DNA from: Candidatus Fervidifonticultor secundus | GTDB taxonomy: Bacteria > Sysuimicrobiota > Sysuimicrobiia > Sysuimicrobiales > Humicultoraceae | Reading direction: 5' to 3' | Assembly (NCBI GenBank): GCA_031459385.1 | Contig: JAVKIP010000006.1 | Span: 64,001 to 128,000, forward strand | DNA: 64,000 bases | Part shown: in pieces, positions 37,048-46,689 of the stretch | Position numbering within the stretch: position 1 is the stretch's first letter | Layout of the letters: every line of letters begins with the position of its first letter | Made by a program: the position numbers and the translations under genes | The notes under the pieces: model-generated | Told to the model about the DNA's origin: nothing | What the model saw: the letters and a program-made list of their open reading frames with translations, nothing else | Databases searched by the model: none

Positions 37048-37959
37048 ATGGCCCGCAGCGTCAGCCCCGCAACGGTGGTGGCGGCTCCCGCGCCGGTGCG
37101 GCCGGCGTCGCCTGCCGCGTGGGCCTGGCGGGCGTTCACCGGCAGCCCGACGGCGCTGGCCGGGGGCGGCGTGCTGCTGGTCATGGTCGTGGCGGCGGCG
37201 CTGGCGCCGCTGCTCGCCCCGTGGGATCCGCATACCCAGGACCTGAACCGCCGGCTGCTCGCGCCCGGGTGGATCCGCGGTCCCCACCTGCTGGGCACGG
37301 ACGCCGTCGGCCGGGACCTGCTGAGCAACATCCTCTTCGGCCTGCGGGTCTCACTGCTGGTCGGCGTGCTGTCGGTCGGCATCTCGACCGTCCTGGGCGT
37401 CGCCGGCGGCATGCTGGCCGGCTTCTACCGCGGCCGCTGGGACGCAGCGCTCATGCGGGCCGCCGACATGCAGCTCTCGCTGCCGACGCTGCTGGTGGCC
37501 CTGGCCGCAGCCGCCATCTGGGGACGCGGCGTGGGCAAGCTCATCGTCGTCATCGGCGTCGTGGGGTGGGCAGAGTTCGCGCGGACCGTGCGGGGGAGCA
37601 CGCTGGCGGTCCGCGAGAAGGAGTTCGTGGAATCGGCACGGGCGCTGGGCGCCAGCGACGGGCGCATCATGCTGCGCCACGTCCTGCCCAACGTGCTGAC
37701 GCCAGTGATCGTGCTGGCGTCGGTGTCGATGCCGCGGGTGATCGTGCTGGAGGCGACGCTGTCGTTCCTGGGCCTGGGCGTCCCGTTGACCACGCCCTCG
37801 CTGGGCCTGCTGATCGACGGCGGCTACAAGTACCTCTTCTCGGGGGCGTGGTGGCCCTCGATCCTCCCCGGCCTGGCGCTGATGCTGCTGGTGGTCGGCA
37901 TCAACCTGGTCGGCGACTGGCTGCGCGACGCCCTCGACCCCCGCCTGGCCCGCCGCTAG
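37048..37959 (+). CDS. ABC permease, DppC-like
   Basis: 'HLLGTDAVGRD', 'HVLPN', 'EATLSFLGLG'. Confidence 0.93.
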   Translation: MARSVSPATVVAAPAPVRPASPAAWAWRAFTGSPTALAGGGVLLVMVVAAALAPLLAPWDPHTQDLNRRLLAPGWIRGPHLLGTDAVGRDLLSNILFGLRVSLLVGVLSVGISTVLGVAGGMLAGFYRGRWDAALMRAADMQLSLPTLLVALAAAAIWGRGVGKLIVVIGVVGWAEFARTVRGSTLAVREKEFVESARALGASDGRIMLRHVLPNVLTPVIVLASVSMPRVIVLEATLSFLGLGVPLTTPSLGLLIDGGYKYLFSGAWWPSILPGLALMLLVVGINLVGDWLRDALDPRLARR

Positions 37960-38010
37960 CCCGGCACTACCCGATATAATGGTCCTGTCACTCCCTCGCC
38001 GAGGTGGACC

Positions 38011-39561
38011 ATGGCGCTGCCCGAGTTCCGCAGCGAGCCCCCGACCGACTTCACGCAGGACGCTCATCGCCAGGCCATGCACGACGCGCTGGCGGCGGTC
38101 GAGCGCGAGCTGGGCCGCGAGTTCCCGCTGATCATCGGCGAGCAGCGCCTGCGTACCGACGGCACGTTCACATCGTGGAATCCCTCGCGCAAGACCCAGG
38201 CGGTGGCGCTGTGTCAGAGGGCCACGGCCAGCGACGTCCAGAAGGCCGTCGAGGTCGCCGAGGACGCGTTTCGGACGTGGTCCCGGGTGCCGGCCGAGGA
38301 GCGGGCCGCCATCCTGTTGCGGGCCGCGGAGGTCCTGCGCCGGCGGAAGTTCTGGGCCGCCGCCTGGCAGGTCTTCGAGGTGGGGAAGAACTGGGCCGAG
38401 GCCGACGCGGACGTGGCCGAGACGATCGACTTCATGGAGTACTACGCGCGCGAGGCGCTGCGCTACGCCCGCGGGCACGGGATGGTCCCGCACCCGCAGG
38501 AGTTCAGTCAGTACGTCTACCTGCCGCTGGGCGTCGTGGCGGTGATTTCGCCGTGGAACTTCCCGCTGGCGATTCCCGCAGGCATGACCACCGCCGCCAT
38601 CGCGGCCGGCAACACCGTGGTCCTCAAGCCCAGCAGCGACTCGCCCGCCAACGCCTACGTGCTCCACGAGGTGCTGGAGGCCGCCGGCCTGCCGCCCGGC
38701 GTGCTCAACGTCGTCACGGGCTCGGGCGGGGAGGTGGGCGACCCGCTGGTGGCGCACCCCAGGGTCCGCATGGTGGCGTTCACCGGCTCCAAGGAGGTCG
38801 GCATCCGCCTCTACGAGCAGACGGCCCGGGTCGTCCCCGGCCAGAAGTGGCTCAAGCGGGTCATCGCCGAGATGGGCGGGAAGAACGCCGTGATCGTGGA
38901 CGAGAGCGCCGACCTCGACGAGGCCGTGGCGGCGGCGGTCGTCTCAGGGTACGGCTTCCAGGGCCAGAAGTGCTCGGCCGGCTCGCGGCTCGTCGTGCTG
39001 GAGGGCCGCTACCGGGTGGTGCTCGAGGCCTTCGCCTCCAGGGTCCGCGAGCTCCGCGTGGGGCCGGCCAGGGACAACTTCCCGGTGGGCCCCGTCATCA
39101 ACGCGCGCGCGATGCAGACCATCATGGAGTACATCGGGATCGGCCGGCGCGAAGGCCGGCTCGTCGCCGGCGGCGAGCCCGCCGACGGCGACGGGTACTT
39201 CATCCAGCCCACGATCATCGCCGACGTCGAGCCCCACGCGCGCATCGCACAGGAAGAGATCTTCGGCCCGGTCGTGGCGGTCATGCGGGCGCGCGACTTC
39301 GACCACGCGCTGGAGATCGCCAATGGCACCGAGTACGGGCTGACCGGCGCGGTCTTCTCGCGCACGCCCGAGCACTTGGCGCGGGCGCGGCGCGAGTTCC
39401 ACTGCGGCAACCTCTACCTGAACCGCAAGTGCACCGGCGCGCTGGTGGGCGTGCACCCCTTCGGTGGCTTCAACATGAGCGGCACCGACGCCAAGGTGGG
39501 CGGCCCGGACTACCTGGGTTACTTCCTGCAGCCCAAGGTCGTGTCGATCAAGTACCGGTAG
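38011..39561 (+). CDS. pruA: 1-pyrroline-5-carboxylate (L-glutamate gamma-semialdehyde) dehydrogenase
   Basis: 'EADADVAETIDF', 'PWNFPLAI', 'EMGGKN', 'GFQGQKCSA', 'NLYLNRKCTGALVG..PFGGFNMSGTDAK.GGPDYL'. Confidence 0.93.
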   Translation: MALPEFRSEPPTDFTQDAHRQAMHDALAAVERELGREFPLIIGEQRLRTDGTFTSWNPSRKTQAVALCQRATASDVQKAVEVAEDAFRTWSRVPAEERAAILLRAAEVLRRRKFWAAAWQVFEVGKNWAEADADVAETIDFMEYYAREALRYARGHGMVPHPQEFSQYVYLPLGVVAVISPWNFPLAIPAGMTTAAIAAGNTVVLKPSSDSPANAYVLHEVLEAAGLPPGVLNVVTGSGGEVGDPLVAHPRVRMVAFTGSKEVGIRLYEQTARVVPGQKWLKRVIAEMGGKNAVIVDESADLDEAVAAAVVSGYGFQGQKCSAGSRLVVLEGRYRVVLEAFASRVRELRVGPARDNFPVGPVINARAMQTIMEYIGIGRREGRLVAGGEPADGDGYFIQPTIIADVEPHARIAQEEIFGPVVAVMRARDFDHALEIANGTEYGLTGAVFSRTPEHLARARREFHCGNLYLNRKCTGALVGVHPFGGFNMSGTDAKVGGPDYLGYFLQPKVVSIKYR

Positions 39562-39748
39562 AGCGCGATCAGGTGCCCGTCGCCCGGCGATCTGGCCGGC
39601 AGGGGCGTGCAGAGTCCAGTGTCAGTCACCATTGGGCGGCGTTCCGGGCGGCGCACCCGTCCAGGCCCGGCCCCAGCGCCGGCGCTTCGCTGGCGCGCGG
39701 CCGGCGCGGAAGGTCCGGGGTGTCCCGGTGGTGTATACTCGTGGACAC

Positions 39749-40606
39749 ATGGAGACCCAGGCCGGGCCCGAGGTGTCCCGCGCAGCGCCCGCGTACGACG
39801 GCGATGAGGGCGATCGCTTTTCGTTCTCCAAGTTCGCCGCGCACCCGTTCTTCAGGGAAGTCAACGAGTGGCTGGTGGCCCGGGCCAGCATTCGCCCCGG
39901 CGCCGACGTCGTCGACCTGGGCTGCGGGCCCGGGGCCGTGACCGAGATCATCCTGCGTCACCTGGGCACCCCGCCGGCGGGCCGGGTGTTCGCCGTCGAC
40001 CCCTCGGCCTCGGCGCTGCGGCTGGCGGCGCAGCGCATCCAGTCGGCGATCGTCAGGTTCATCCAGGGGACGGCCGAGCGGATCAGCAGCCTGGTACCGC
40101 AGGTGGACACCGTGGTCTTCTGCAACGCGATCCACCTGGTACCGGACAAGACTCAGGTCGTGGCGGGCGTGAGCAAGGTCGTCCGCCCCGGCGGCGTGTT
40201 CGCCTTCAACACGACGTTTTTCAGCGGCGCCTACCCGGCCGACACCTACCGGTTCTACAAGCTGTGGGTCCTGCGCGCGGTGCGCTGGCTGAAAGACCGC
40301 GGCCACACCGTCGCCCGGGGCGTCAAGGCCACGGCGATGCAGTGGCTGTCGCCCGAGGACTACCGCGCGCTGTTGGCCGCCCACGGGTTCGGTCAGACGG
40401 AGATCGAGTTCCAGGAGAAGCGGCTCACCTGCCAAGCCTGGGAGGACATCAGCGAGTTCTCCATGTTCATCGAGGGAGCGCTGCCGGGGGTTCCGCTGGA
40501 GGTCGGCGCCGAGGCCCTGAAGGTGGGTGTGAGGGAGGCGTTCCGCGAGCTCAGCCTGCAGTCCGTCCCGCGCATCTGGCTCCAGGCCATCGCCCGGCGG
40601 GTCTAG
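39749..40606 (+). CDS. Class I SAM-dependent methyltransferase
   Basis: 'VVDLGCGPG', 'AVDPS', 'CNAIH', 'RPGGVF'. Confidence 0.87.
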   Translation: METQAGPEVSRAAPAYDGDEGDRFSFSKFAAHPFFREVNEWLVARASIRPGADVVDLGCGPGAVTEIILRHLGTPPAGRVFAVDPSASALRLAAQRIQSAIVRFIQGTAERISSLVPQVDTVVFCNAIHLVPDKTQVVAGVSKVVRPGGVFAFNTTFFSGAYPADTYRFYKLWVLRAVRWLKDRGHTVARGVKATAMQWLSPEDYRALLAAHGFGQTEIEFQEKRLTCQAWEDISEFSMFIEGALPGVPLEVGAEALKVGVREAFRELSLQSVPRIWLQAIARRV

Positions 40607-40630
40607 CCCCCGATCGGTGCCGCACCGTCG

Positions 40631-41389
40631 TTGGACCTGACTGCGCAGGTGGCCTTGGTCACGGGCGGATCGTCCGGCATCGGCCGGGCGGTGGTCCATG
40701 CCCTGGCCCGGGCTGGGGCCGCGGTGGCCTTCACCTACCGCACCAACGCCGCCGGCGCGGAGGCTGTCGTAGCCGACCTGGCGGATGTGGCGCCCGTCCT
40801 GGCCATGGCGGGCGACGTCGGCGCGGAGGCCGACGTCGCACGGGTCGTGGCCGCCACCGTCGAGCGCTTCGGCCGCCTCACCATCGTGGTCAACAACGCC
40901 GGGATCATCCGCGATGCCCTGGCTCTGCGCATGACGCCCGCCGACTGGCAGGCGGTGCTCGACGTGAACCTCTCCGGCGCGCTGCGCGTCTGCCGGCACG
41001 CAGTGCCGCACCTGACCGCGGCCGGCGGCGGCCGCATCATCAACATCGCCTCCATCGCCGGCGTCGCGGGCAGCGCGGGCCAGGCCAACTACTCCGCCGC
41101 CAAGGCCGGGCTCATCGGCCTGACGGAGGTACTGGCGCTGGAACTCGCGCCGCGCGGCATCACCGTGAACACCGTTGCCCCGGGCGCCATCGACGCCGGC
41201 ATCGTCGCGACCCTGCCCGAGGAGCAGCGCCAGCGCCTGATCGAGGTGATCCCCCTGGGGCGCATGGGCACGGCCGCGGAGGTAGCGGCCGCGGTGGCCT
41301 TCCTGGCCAGCCCCCAGGCGAGCTTCATCACCGGGCAAACCCTCATCGTCGACGGGGGCGCGACGATCCGCGCCTGGCGATCTGCCTGA
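40631..41389 (+). CDS. SDR family oxidoreductase (FabG-like)
   Basis: 'TGGSSGIG', 'NNAGI', 'GQANYSAAKAG'. Confidence 0.9.
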   Translation: MDLTAQVALVTGGSSGIGRAVVHALARAGAAVAFTYRTNAAGAEAVVADLADVAPVLAMAGDVGAEADVARVVAATVERFGRLTIVVNNAGIIRDALALRMTPADWQAVLDVNLSGALRVCRHAVPHLTAAGGGRIINIASIAGVAGSAGQANYSAAKAGLIGLTEVLALELAPRGITVNTVAPGAIDAGIVATLPEEQRQRLIEVIPLGRMGTAAEVAAAVAFLASPQASFITGQTLIVDGGATIRAWRSA

Positions 41390-41554
41390 CCCGCCGGCCC
41401 GTGGCGCCATCGCCGTCTTTGCCGCGGCGGTTGCCCCCGGGCCGCCGCCACACGCAGGAGGTTCATCCCACATGGTGAAACAGACGAAGGCCTCGCCGGG
41501 ATCACCCGGGGAGATCCACGCGGGAGGCTGTCAGATCTCCAACGGAGGGTCGAG

Positions 41555-43114
41555 ATGACACGAGACCTGTCCAGCCGTGCCGGTGTCCTGCTCGCCATTC
41601 TGGTCCTGGTACTGGCGGCACTGCCCGCAGCCGCACAGCAGCCAGCGCCGCGCCGGGGTGGGGCGCTGCGCATCGCGCACATCGGCGAACCACCCACCCT
41701 CGACCAGCACTGGACCACCGCCGCCATCACGGGGCACATCATGCACCACGTCAACGAGGGGCTCTTCGCCCTCAACAGCAAGTTCGAGCCCAGGCCCATG
41801 CTGGTGGAGAAGTGGACGACGAGCGGCGACCGGCTGACCTACACCTTCACCCTGCGGCGGGGGATCAAGTTCCACAACGGGAAGGACCTCACCGCCGACG
41901 ACGTCGTGGCGTCGCTGCAGCGCTGGGGGCGCATCGCCACCCGCGGCCGGGCGCTGTTCGCCAACGTGGTCTCCCTCACCGCGTCCGACCCGCTCACGGT
42001 GGTCATGCGGCTGCGCGAGCCCTACGGCCTGCTGCTGGTGGACCTGGCGCTGCCCGGGCAGTCCGCCGTGATCTTCCCCAAGGAGGTCGTAGACGAGGCC
42101 GGGACGGGTCAGGTGCGGCGCTTCATCAGCACCGGACCGTACCGGTTCATCGAGCACCTGCCCGACCGGCACATCCGGCTCGACCGGTTCGACGGCTACC
42201 AGGCCCGCACCGAGGAGCCGGACGGTACCGCGGGCCGCAAGCACGCCTACGCCGATTCGATCTACGTCATCCCCGTGCCCGACGCCGCGGTGCGCATCGC
42301 GGGCGTCAAGCGCGGCGAGTACCACTTTGCCGAGACGGTGCCGCCGGACGAGTACGACCGGCTGCGCACCGACCGCGACCTGGTGCCCTACGTGACCGAG
42401 ATCCCCAACTGGCTCACGGCGGTCTTCAACAACCGCCAGGGCCTGATGGCTAACACCAAGATCCGCCAGGCGTTCCAGGCGGCTCTCGATCACGAGGCGG
42501 TCATGCGGGCCGCCTACGGCAACCGGCGGTTCTGGCGGCTCGACCCCGGGCTGATGCCCAAGGAGCACTACATGTGGACCGACGCGGGCAAGGAGTTTTT
42601 CAACCAGAAGAACCCGGCCCGCGCCCGACAGCTCCTGGCCGAGGCCGGCTACCGGGGCGAGCCCGTGCGGTGGATCACCACCATGGAGTACGTCGCCTAC
42701 GGCACCGCGGCCCAGGTGGTCAAGCCGATGCTGGAACAGGCCGGCTTCACCGTCGACCTGCAGGTGGTGGACTGGGCGACGCTGGTGCAGCGGCGGGCCC
42801 GGCCCGAGCTGTGGGACGTCTTCAGCACGGCCTTCTCCTTCGTGCCCGATCCGGTGTTCCTCCTGGCCCTCCAGCCCACCTGGCCGGGCTGGTTCGACAA
42901 CCGGGACCTGAACGCGATGATGACCCTGATGCGCCGCCACGCGGATCCCAAGGTGCGCAAAGAGATCTGGGCGCGGGCGCAGAAGCTCTGGTACGAGCAG
43001 GCGGGCAGCATCAAGTTCGGCGACTACTTCCTGCTCCACCTGCACCGACGGGAACTGAAGGGGTATACCAACCTGCCGACGCACGTCTGGTGGAACGCCT
43101 GGCTGGAGCGCTAG
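41555..43114 (+). CDS. Peptide-type ABC substrate-binding protein (paralog 1)
   Basis: Signal peptide, 'EPPTLDQHWTTA', 'TGPYRF'. Confidence 0.92.
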   Translation: MTRDLSSRAGVLLAILVLVLAALPAAAQQPAPRRGGALRIAHIGEPPTLDQHWTTAAITGHIMHHVNEGLFALNSKFEPRPMLVEKWTTSGDRLTYTFTLRRGIKFHNGKDLTADDVVASLQRWGRIATRGRALFANVVSLTASDPLTVVMRLREPYGLLLVDLALPGQSAVIFPKEVVDEAGTGQVRRFISTGPYRFIEHLPDRHIRLDRFDGYQARTEEPDGTAGRKHAYADSIYVIPVPDAAVRIAGVKRGEYHFAETVPPDEYDRLRTDRDLVPYVTEIPNWLTAVFNNRQGLMANTKIRQAFQAALDHEAVMRAAYGNRRFWRLDPGLMPKEHYMWTDAGKEFFNQKNPARARQLLAEAGYRGEPVRWITTMEYVAYGTAAQVVKPMLEQAGFTVDLQVVDWATLVQRRARPELWDVFSTAFSFVPDPVFLLALQPTWPGWFDNRDLNAMMTLMRRHADPKVRKEIWARAQKLWYEQAGSIKFGDYFLLHLHRRELKGYTNLPTHVWWNAWLER

Positions 43115-43150
43115 CCCGCCCCGGATCGCGCGCCAACGGCAGGCAGACCA

Positions 43151-43182
43151 GCGGGCGAGAGGGACGGCGTCCCCTCGCCCGC
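43151..43182 (+). terminator. GC-rich stem-loop between the tandem SBP genes
   Basis: GCGGGCGAG-AGGGAC-GGC-GTCCC-CTCGCCCGC. Confidence 0.5.
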
Positions 43183-43220
43183 CGGTATGATGGAAGCAGT
43201 CCTCCGCGGGAGGTGCGACG

Positions 43221-44774
43221 ATGCGTGCGAAGCCGACCGTTGCCGTCGCGACCGTCGCGCTGGCGGTCGCTCTGCTGGCTGGCGCGCTGCCAGCCCCCGG
43301 CCAGGTCCGTCGCGGCGGGACCCTCCGGTACGCGCACTACGCGGAGCCGCCCACGCTGGACATTCACTGGACGACCGCCGCTATCGTCGGCGACATCACC
43401 CGGTTCATCTACGAGGGACTCTTCACCCTCAACAGCAAGAGCGAGCCCGTGCCCATGCTGGTGCAGTCCTGGCGGGTGTCCCCGGATCGCCAGCAGTACA
43501 CGTTCGAGCTGCGCCGCAACATCCAGTTCCACCACGGGCGCGAACTCACCGCCGATGACGTGGTGGCCTCGCTGCAGCGCTGGGGCCGCATCTCGTCCCG
43601 GGGCCGGGAGCTCTTCCGGCAGGTCACCGCCCTGACCGCGGCCGACCGGTACACGGTGCAGCTGCGGCTGTCGGAGCCCAACGCGCTGGTCCTCGTCAGC
43701 TTGGCCTTCCCGGGACAGTGGGCGGCGATCTACCCCAAAGAGGTCGTGGACGAGTACGGCACCAGCGTGGTCCGCCGGTTCATTGGCACCGGGCCCTACC
43801 GGCTGGCCGAGCACGTCCCCGACCGGCACATCCGCCTGGAGCGGTGGGACCGCTACCAGGCGCGGACCGAGCCCCCCGACGGCCTGGCCGGCGCACGGCC
43901 CGCCAACTTCGACACCGTGCTGATCCTGCCGGTGCCCGATCCGGCCGTGCGCATCGCCGGCGTCCAGCGGGGCGAGTACGACTTCGCCCACGCGGTCCCG
44001 CCCGACGAGCACGAGCGCCTGCGGCAGGACCCGCGCGTCGTTCCCTACGTCGAGCCGTCGGCGTCGTGGTTGATCGGCCAGTTCAACAAGCGCCAGGGCA
44101 TCATGACCAACAAGACGCTGCGGCACGCCGTGCTGGCGGCGCTCGACCTCGAGAAGGTCATGTCGGGCGCCTTTGGCCCGCGGGCGCTGTGGCGGCTCGA
44201 CCCGAGCCTGATGCCCAGGGAGACCACCTTCTGGACCGATGCCGGCAAGGAGTACTACAACCAGAGGAACCCGCAGCGCGCCCGCCAGCTTCTGGCGGAG
44301 GCGGGCTACCGCGGTGAGCCGATCCGCTGGCTGACGTCGCCCGAGCGTCCCACGTACTTCGACGCCACCCAGATCGCCCGGGCCCAGCTGGAGGCGGTGG
44401 GCCTGAAGGTCGAACTGGTCACCACCGACTGGGCCACGCTGCTCACCCGGCGCACGCGGCCCGAACTGTGGGACATCTTCACCACCGGCATGCTGGCGCC
44501 GCTCACGGATCCCACGCTGATCCTGGCCATCCTCCCCAACTGGCCCGGCTGGTACGAGAGCCGGGAGGTGGCCGGCCTGCTGCGGCTGCTGGCCCGGCAC
44601 GCCGACCCGAAGGTGCGCTACGACTTCTGGAGACGCGTGCAGAAGCAGTTCTACGAGGACGCTGCGGCGATCAAGTTCGGCGACTTCTTCGTCCTGCACC
44701 TCCACCGCCGCGAGCTGAAAGGCGTGGTGGGGGCGCCGATCATCGACCTGGGCGCTGCCTACCTCGAGCGCTAG
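43221..44774 (+). CDS. Peptide-type ABC substrate-binding protein (paralog 2)
   Basis: Signal peptide, 'EPPTLDIHWTTA'; colinear with the upstream paralog. Confidence 0.92.
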   Translation: MRAKPTVAVATVALAVALLAGALPAPGQVRRGGTLRYAHYAEPPTLDIHWTTAAIVGDITRFIYEGLFTLNSKSEPVPMLVQSWRVSPDRQQYTFELRRNIQFHHGRELTADDVVASLQRWGRISSRGRELFRQVTALTAADRYTVQLRLSEPNALVLVSLAFPGQWAAIYPKEVVDEYGTSVVRRFIGTGPYRLAEHVPDRHIRLERWDRYQARTEPPDGLAGARPANFDTVLILPVPDPAVRIAGVQRGEYDFAHAVPPDEHERLRQDPRVVPYVEPSASWLIGQFNKRQGIMTNKTLRHAVLAALDLEKVMSGAFGPRALWRLDPSLMPRETTFWTDAGKEYYNQRNPQRARQLLAEAGYRGEPIRWLTSPERPTYFDATQIARAQLEAVGLKVELVTTDWATLLTRRTRPELWDIFTTGMLAPLTDPTLILAILPNWPGWYESREVAGLLRLLARHADPKVRYDFWRRVQKQFYEDAAAIKFGDFFVLHLHRRELKGVVGAPIIDLGAAYLER

Positions 44775-44782
44775 GAGCCCTC

Positions 44783-45727
44783 GTGCTCGGCTACATCGTC
44801 CGCCGGCTGCTGGCCCTGGTGCCTGTGCTGCTCATCGTGGCCACGGTCGGCTTCTTCCTGATCTACCTGACGCCGGGCGACCCGGCGGCGGTCATGCTCG
44901 GCCCGGACGCCACCCAGGACGATCTGGCCACCCTGCGCCGCATCATGGGCCTCGACCGGCCGCTGCTGGTGCAGCTGGGGCGCTGGTACAGCCGCACGCT
45001 GCGGGGCGACCTGGGCTACTCCATCTTCTTGCAGCGCCCGGTGCTGCAGGCGATCGTCGAGCGCCTGGAGCCCACGCTCCTGCTGACGACGTTCTCGCTG
45101 GCCATCGCCACCGCCATAGGCATCCCGGCGGGCGTAGTCGCCGCGGTGCGGCGCAACTCCTGGCTCGATCAGGTGTCGATGGGCGTGGCGCTCTTCGGTG
45201 TCTCGATGCCGAACTTCTGGCTGGGCCTGAACCTGATTTTGATCTTCTCGGTCTGGCTGGGCCTGCTGCCCGTGGCCGGCTACGTGCCCGTGGGGCAGTC
45301 GCTGGCGGGGGCGCTGCGGTCGCTGGTGCTGCCGGCCGTCACCCTGGGCTTCTCCGGCTCGGCCCTGATCGCCCGGATGACCCGCTCCAGCATGCTCGAG
45401 GTCCTGGGCCAGGACTTCATCCGGACCGCGCGGGCCAAGGGCAACGAGGAGCGGCGCGTGGTCTTCCGCCACGCGCTGCGCAACGCCATGATCCCCACGG
45501 TCACCGTCATCGGGTTGGCCATGGGCGGACTGCTGGCCGGCGCCATCGTGACCGAGACCGTGTTCGCGCTGCCCGGCGTGGGACGGCTGGTCATCTCGTC
45601 GGTGCTGCGGCGCGACTACCCGGTGATCCAGGGCGTGCTGATCTTCATCGCCTCGATCTACGTACTGGTGAACCTGCTGATCGACGTGCTCTACGTCTAC
45701 CTCGACCCGCGGGTGAAGTATGCGTGA
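44783..45727 (+). CDS. ABC permease, DppB-like
   Basis: 'PGDPA', 'DFIRTARAKG', 'ETVFALPGVG'. Confidence 0.93.
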   Translation: MLGYIVRRLLALVPVLLIVATVGFFLIYLTPGDPAAVMLGPDATQDDLATLRRIMGLDRPLLVQLGRWYSRTLRGDLGYSIFLQRPVLQAIVERLEPTLLLTTFSLAIATAIGIPAGVVAAVRRNSWLDQVSMGVALFGVSMPNFWLGLNLILIFSVWLGLLPVAGYVPVGQSLAGALRSLVLPAVTLGFSGSALIARMTRSSMLEVLGQDFIRTARAKGNEERRVVFRHALRNAMIPTVTVIGLAMGGLLAGAIVTETVFALPGVGRLVISSVLRRDYPVIQGVLIFIASIYVLVNLLIDVLYVYLDPRVKYA

Positions 45728-46643
45728 GGGCATCACCCCGTCCGAGCCCGCCGTAGCCAGCGGCGCGGTCCGGCAGGCGGCGGCGCTGCCCCAACCGGCG
45801 TCGCTGGGGACCCTCGTGGCCCGCGGCCTGCGCCGGAGCCGCTCCACGCTCGTCGGCGGGGGCATCGTGCTGGCCATGGTGCTGGTGGCCCTGCTGGCGC
45901 CCGTGCTGTCGCCCTACGACCCGCTGGAGATCAACGTGCCCCAGCGGCTGCTGGGGCCGAGTGCGGCGCACCTCATGGGCACCGACAACGTGGGGCGGGA
46001 CATCCTGAGCCGGGTAATCTACGGCGCGCGCATCTCGCTGCTGGTCGGCAGCCTGGTCGTGGCCTGTGCCGCGGGCGCGGGCATCGCCCTCGGCCTGACC
46101 GCCGGGTACTCCGACCGGGTCGACCGGGTCCTGATGCGTATCCTGGACGGCCTCATGGCCTTTCCCACCACCCTGCTGGCCATCGCGCTCATGGCCGCCC
46201 TGGGCGCCCGCCTGTCCAACGTCATCATCGCCCTGGCCGTGGTGTTCACTCCCAGGGTCGCGCGCGTCGTGCGCAGCGTGACCCTGGTGGTGCGCGAGCT
46301 GGACTACGTGCAGGCCGCGCAGGCTCTGGGCGCCACCGACGCCCGCATCCTGGCTCGGCACATCCTGCCCAACTGCCTGGCGCCGGTGATCGTGCAGAGC
46401 ACGTTCATCTTCGCCGAGTCGGTGCTGGCCGAGGCGGCGCTCTCGTTCCTGGGGGTGGGCCTGCCCCCCTACATCCCCTCGTGGGGCACCATCATCACCA
46501 CCGGGCGCATGTTCATGCAGACCGCGGCGTGGATCACGATCTTCCCTGGCGTGGCGATTCTGGTGACAGTGCTCGGCCTGAACCTGCTCGGCGACGGGCT
46601 GCGCGACCTGGCCGATCCACGGCTGCGAGGACGGCTGGGGTAG
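45720..46643 (+). CDS. ABC permease, DppC-like
   Basis: 'HLMGTDNVGRD', 'HILPN', 'EAALSFLG'. Confidence 0.93.
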   Translation: MREGITPSEPAVASGAVRQAAALPQPASLGTLVARGLRRSRSTLVGGGIVLAMVLVALLAPVLSPYDPLEINVPQRLLGPSAAHLMGTDNVGRDILSRVIYGARISLLVGSLVVACAAGAGIALGLTAGYSDRVDRVLMRILDGLMAFPTTLLAIALMAALGARLSNVIIALAVVFTPRVARVVRSVTLVVRELDYVQAAQALGATDARILARHILPNCLAPVIVQSTFIFAESVLAEAALSFLGVGLPPYIPSWGTIITTGRMFMQTAAWITIFPGVAILVTVLGLNLLGDGLRDLADPRLRGRLG

Positions 46644-46689
46644 CAGGCCCGGCCGGGAGCCCGGGAGTCGGCGGTCCCCCGCGTGCCCC

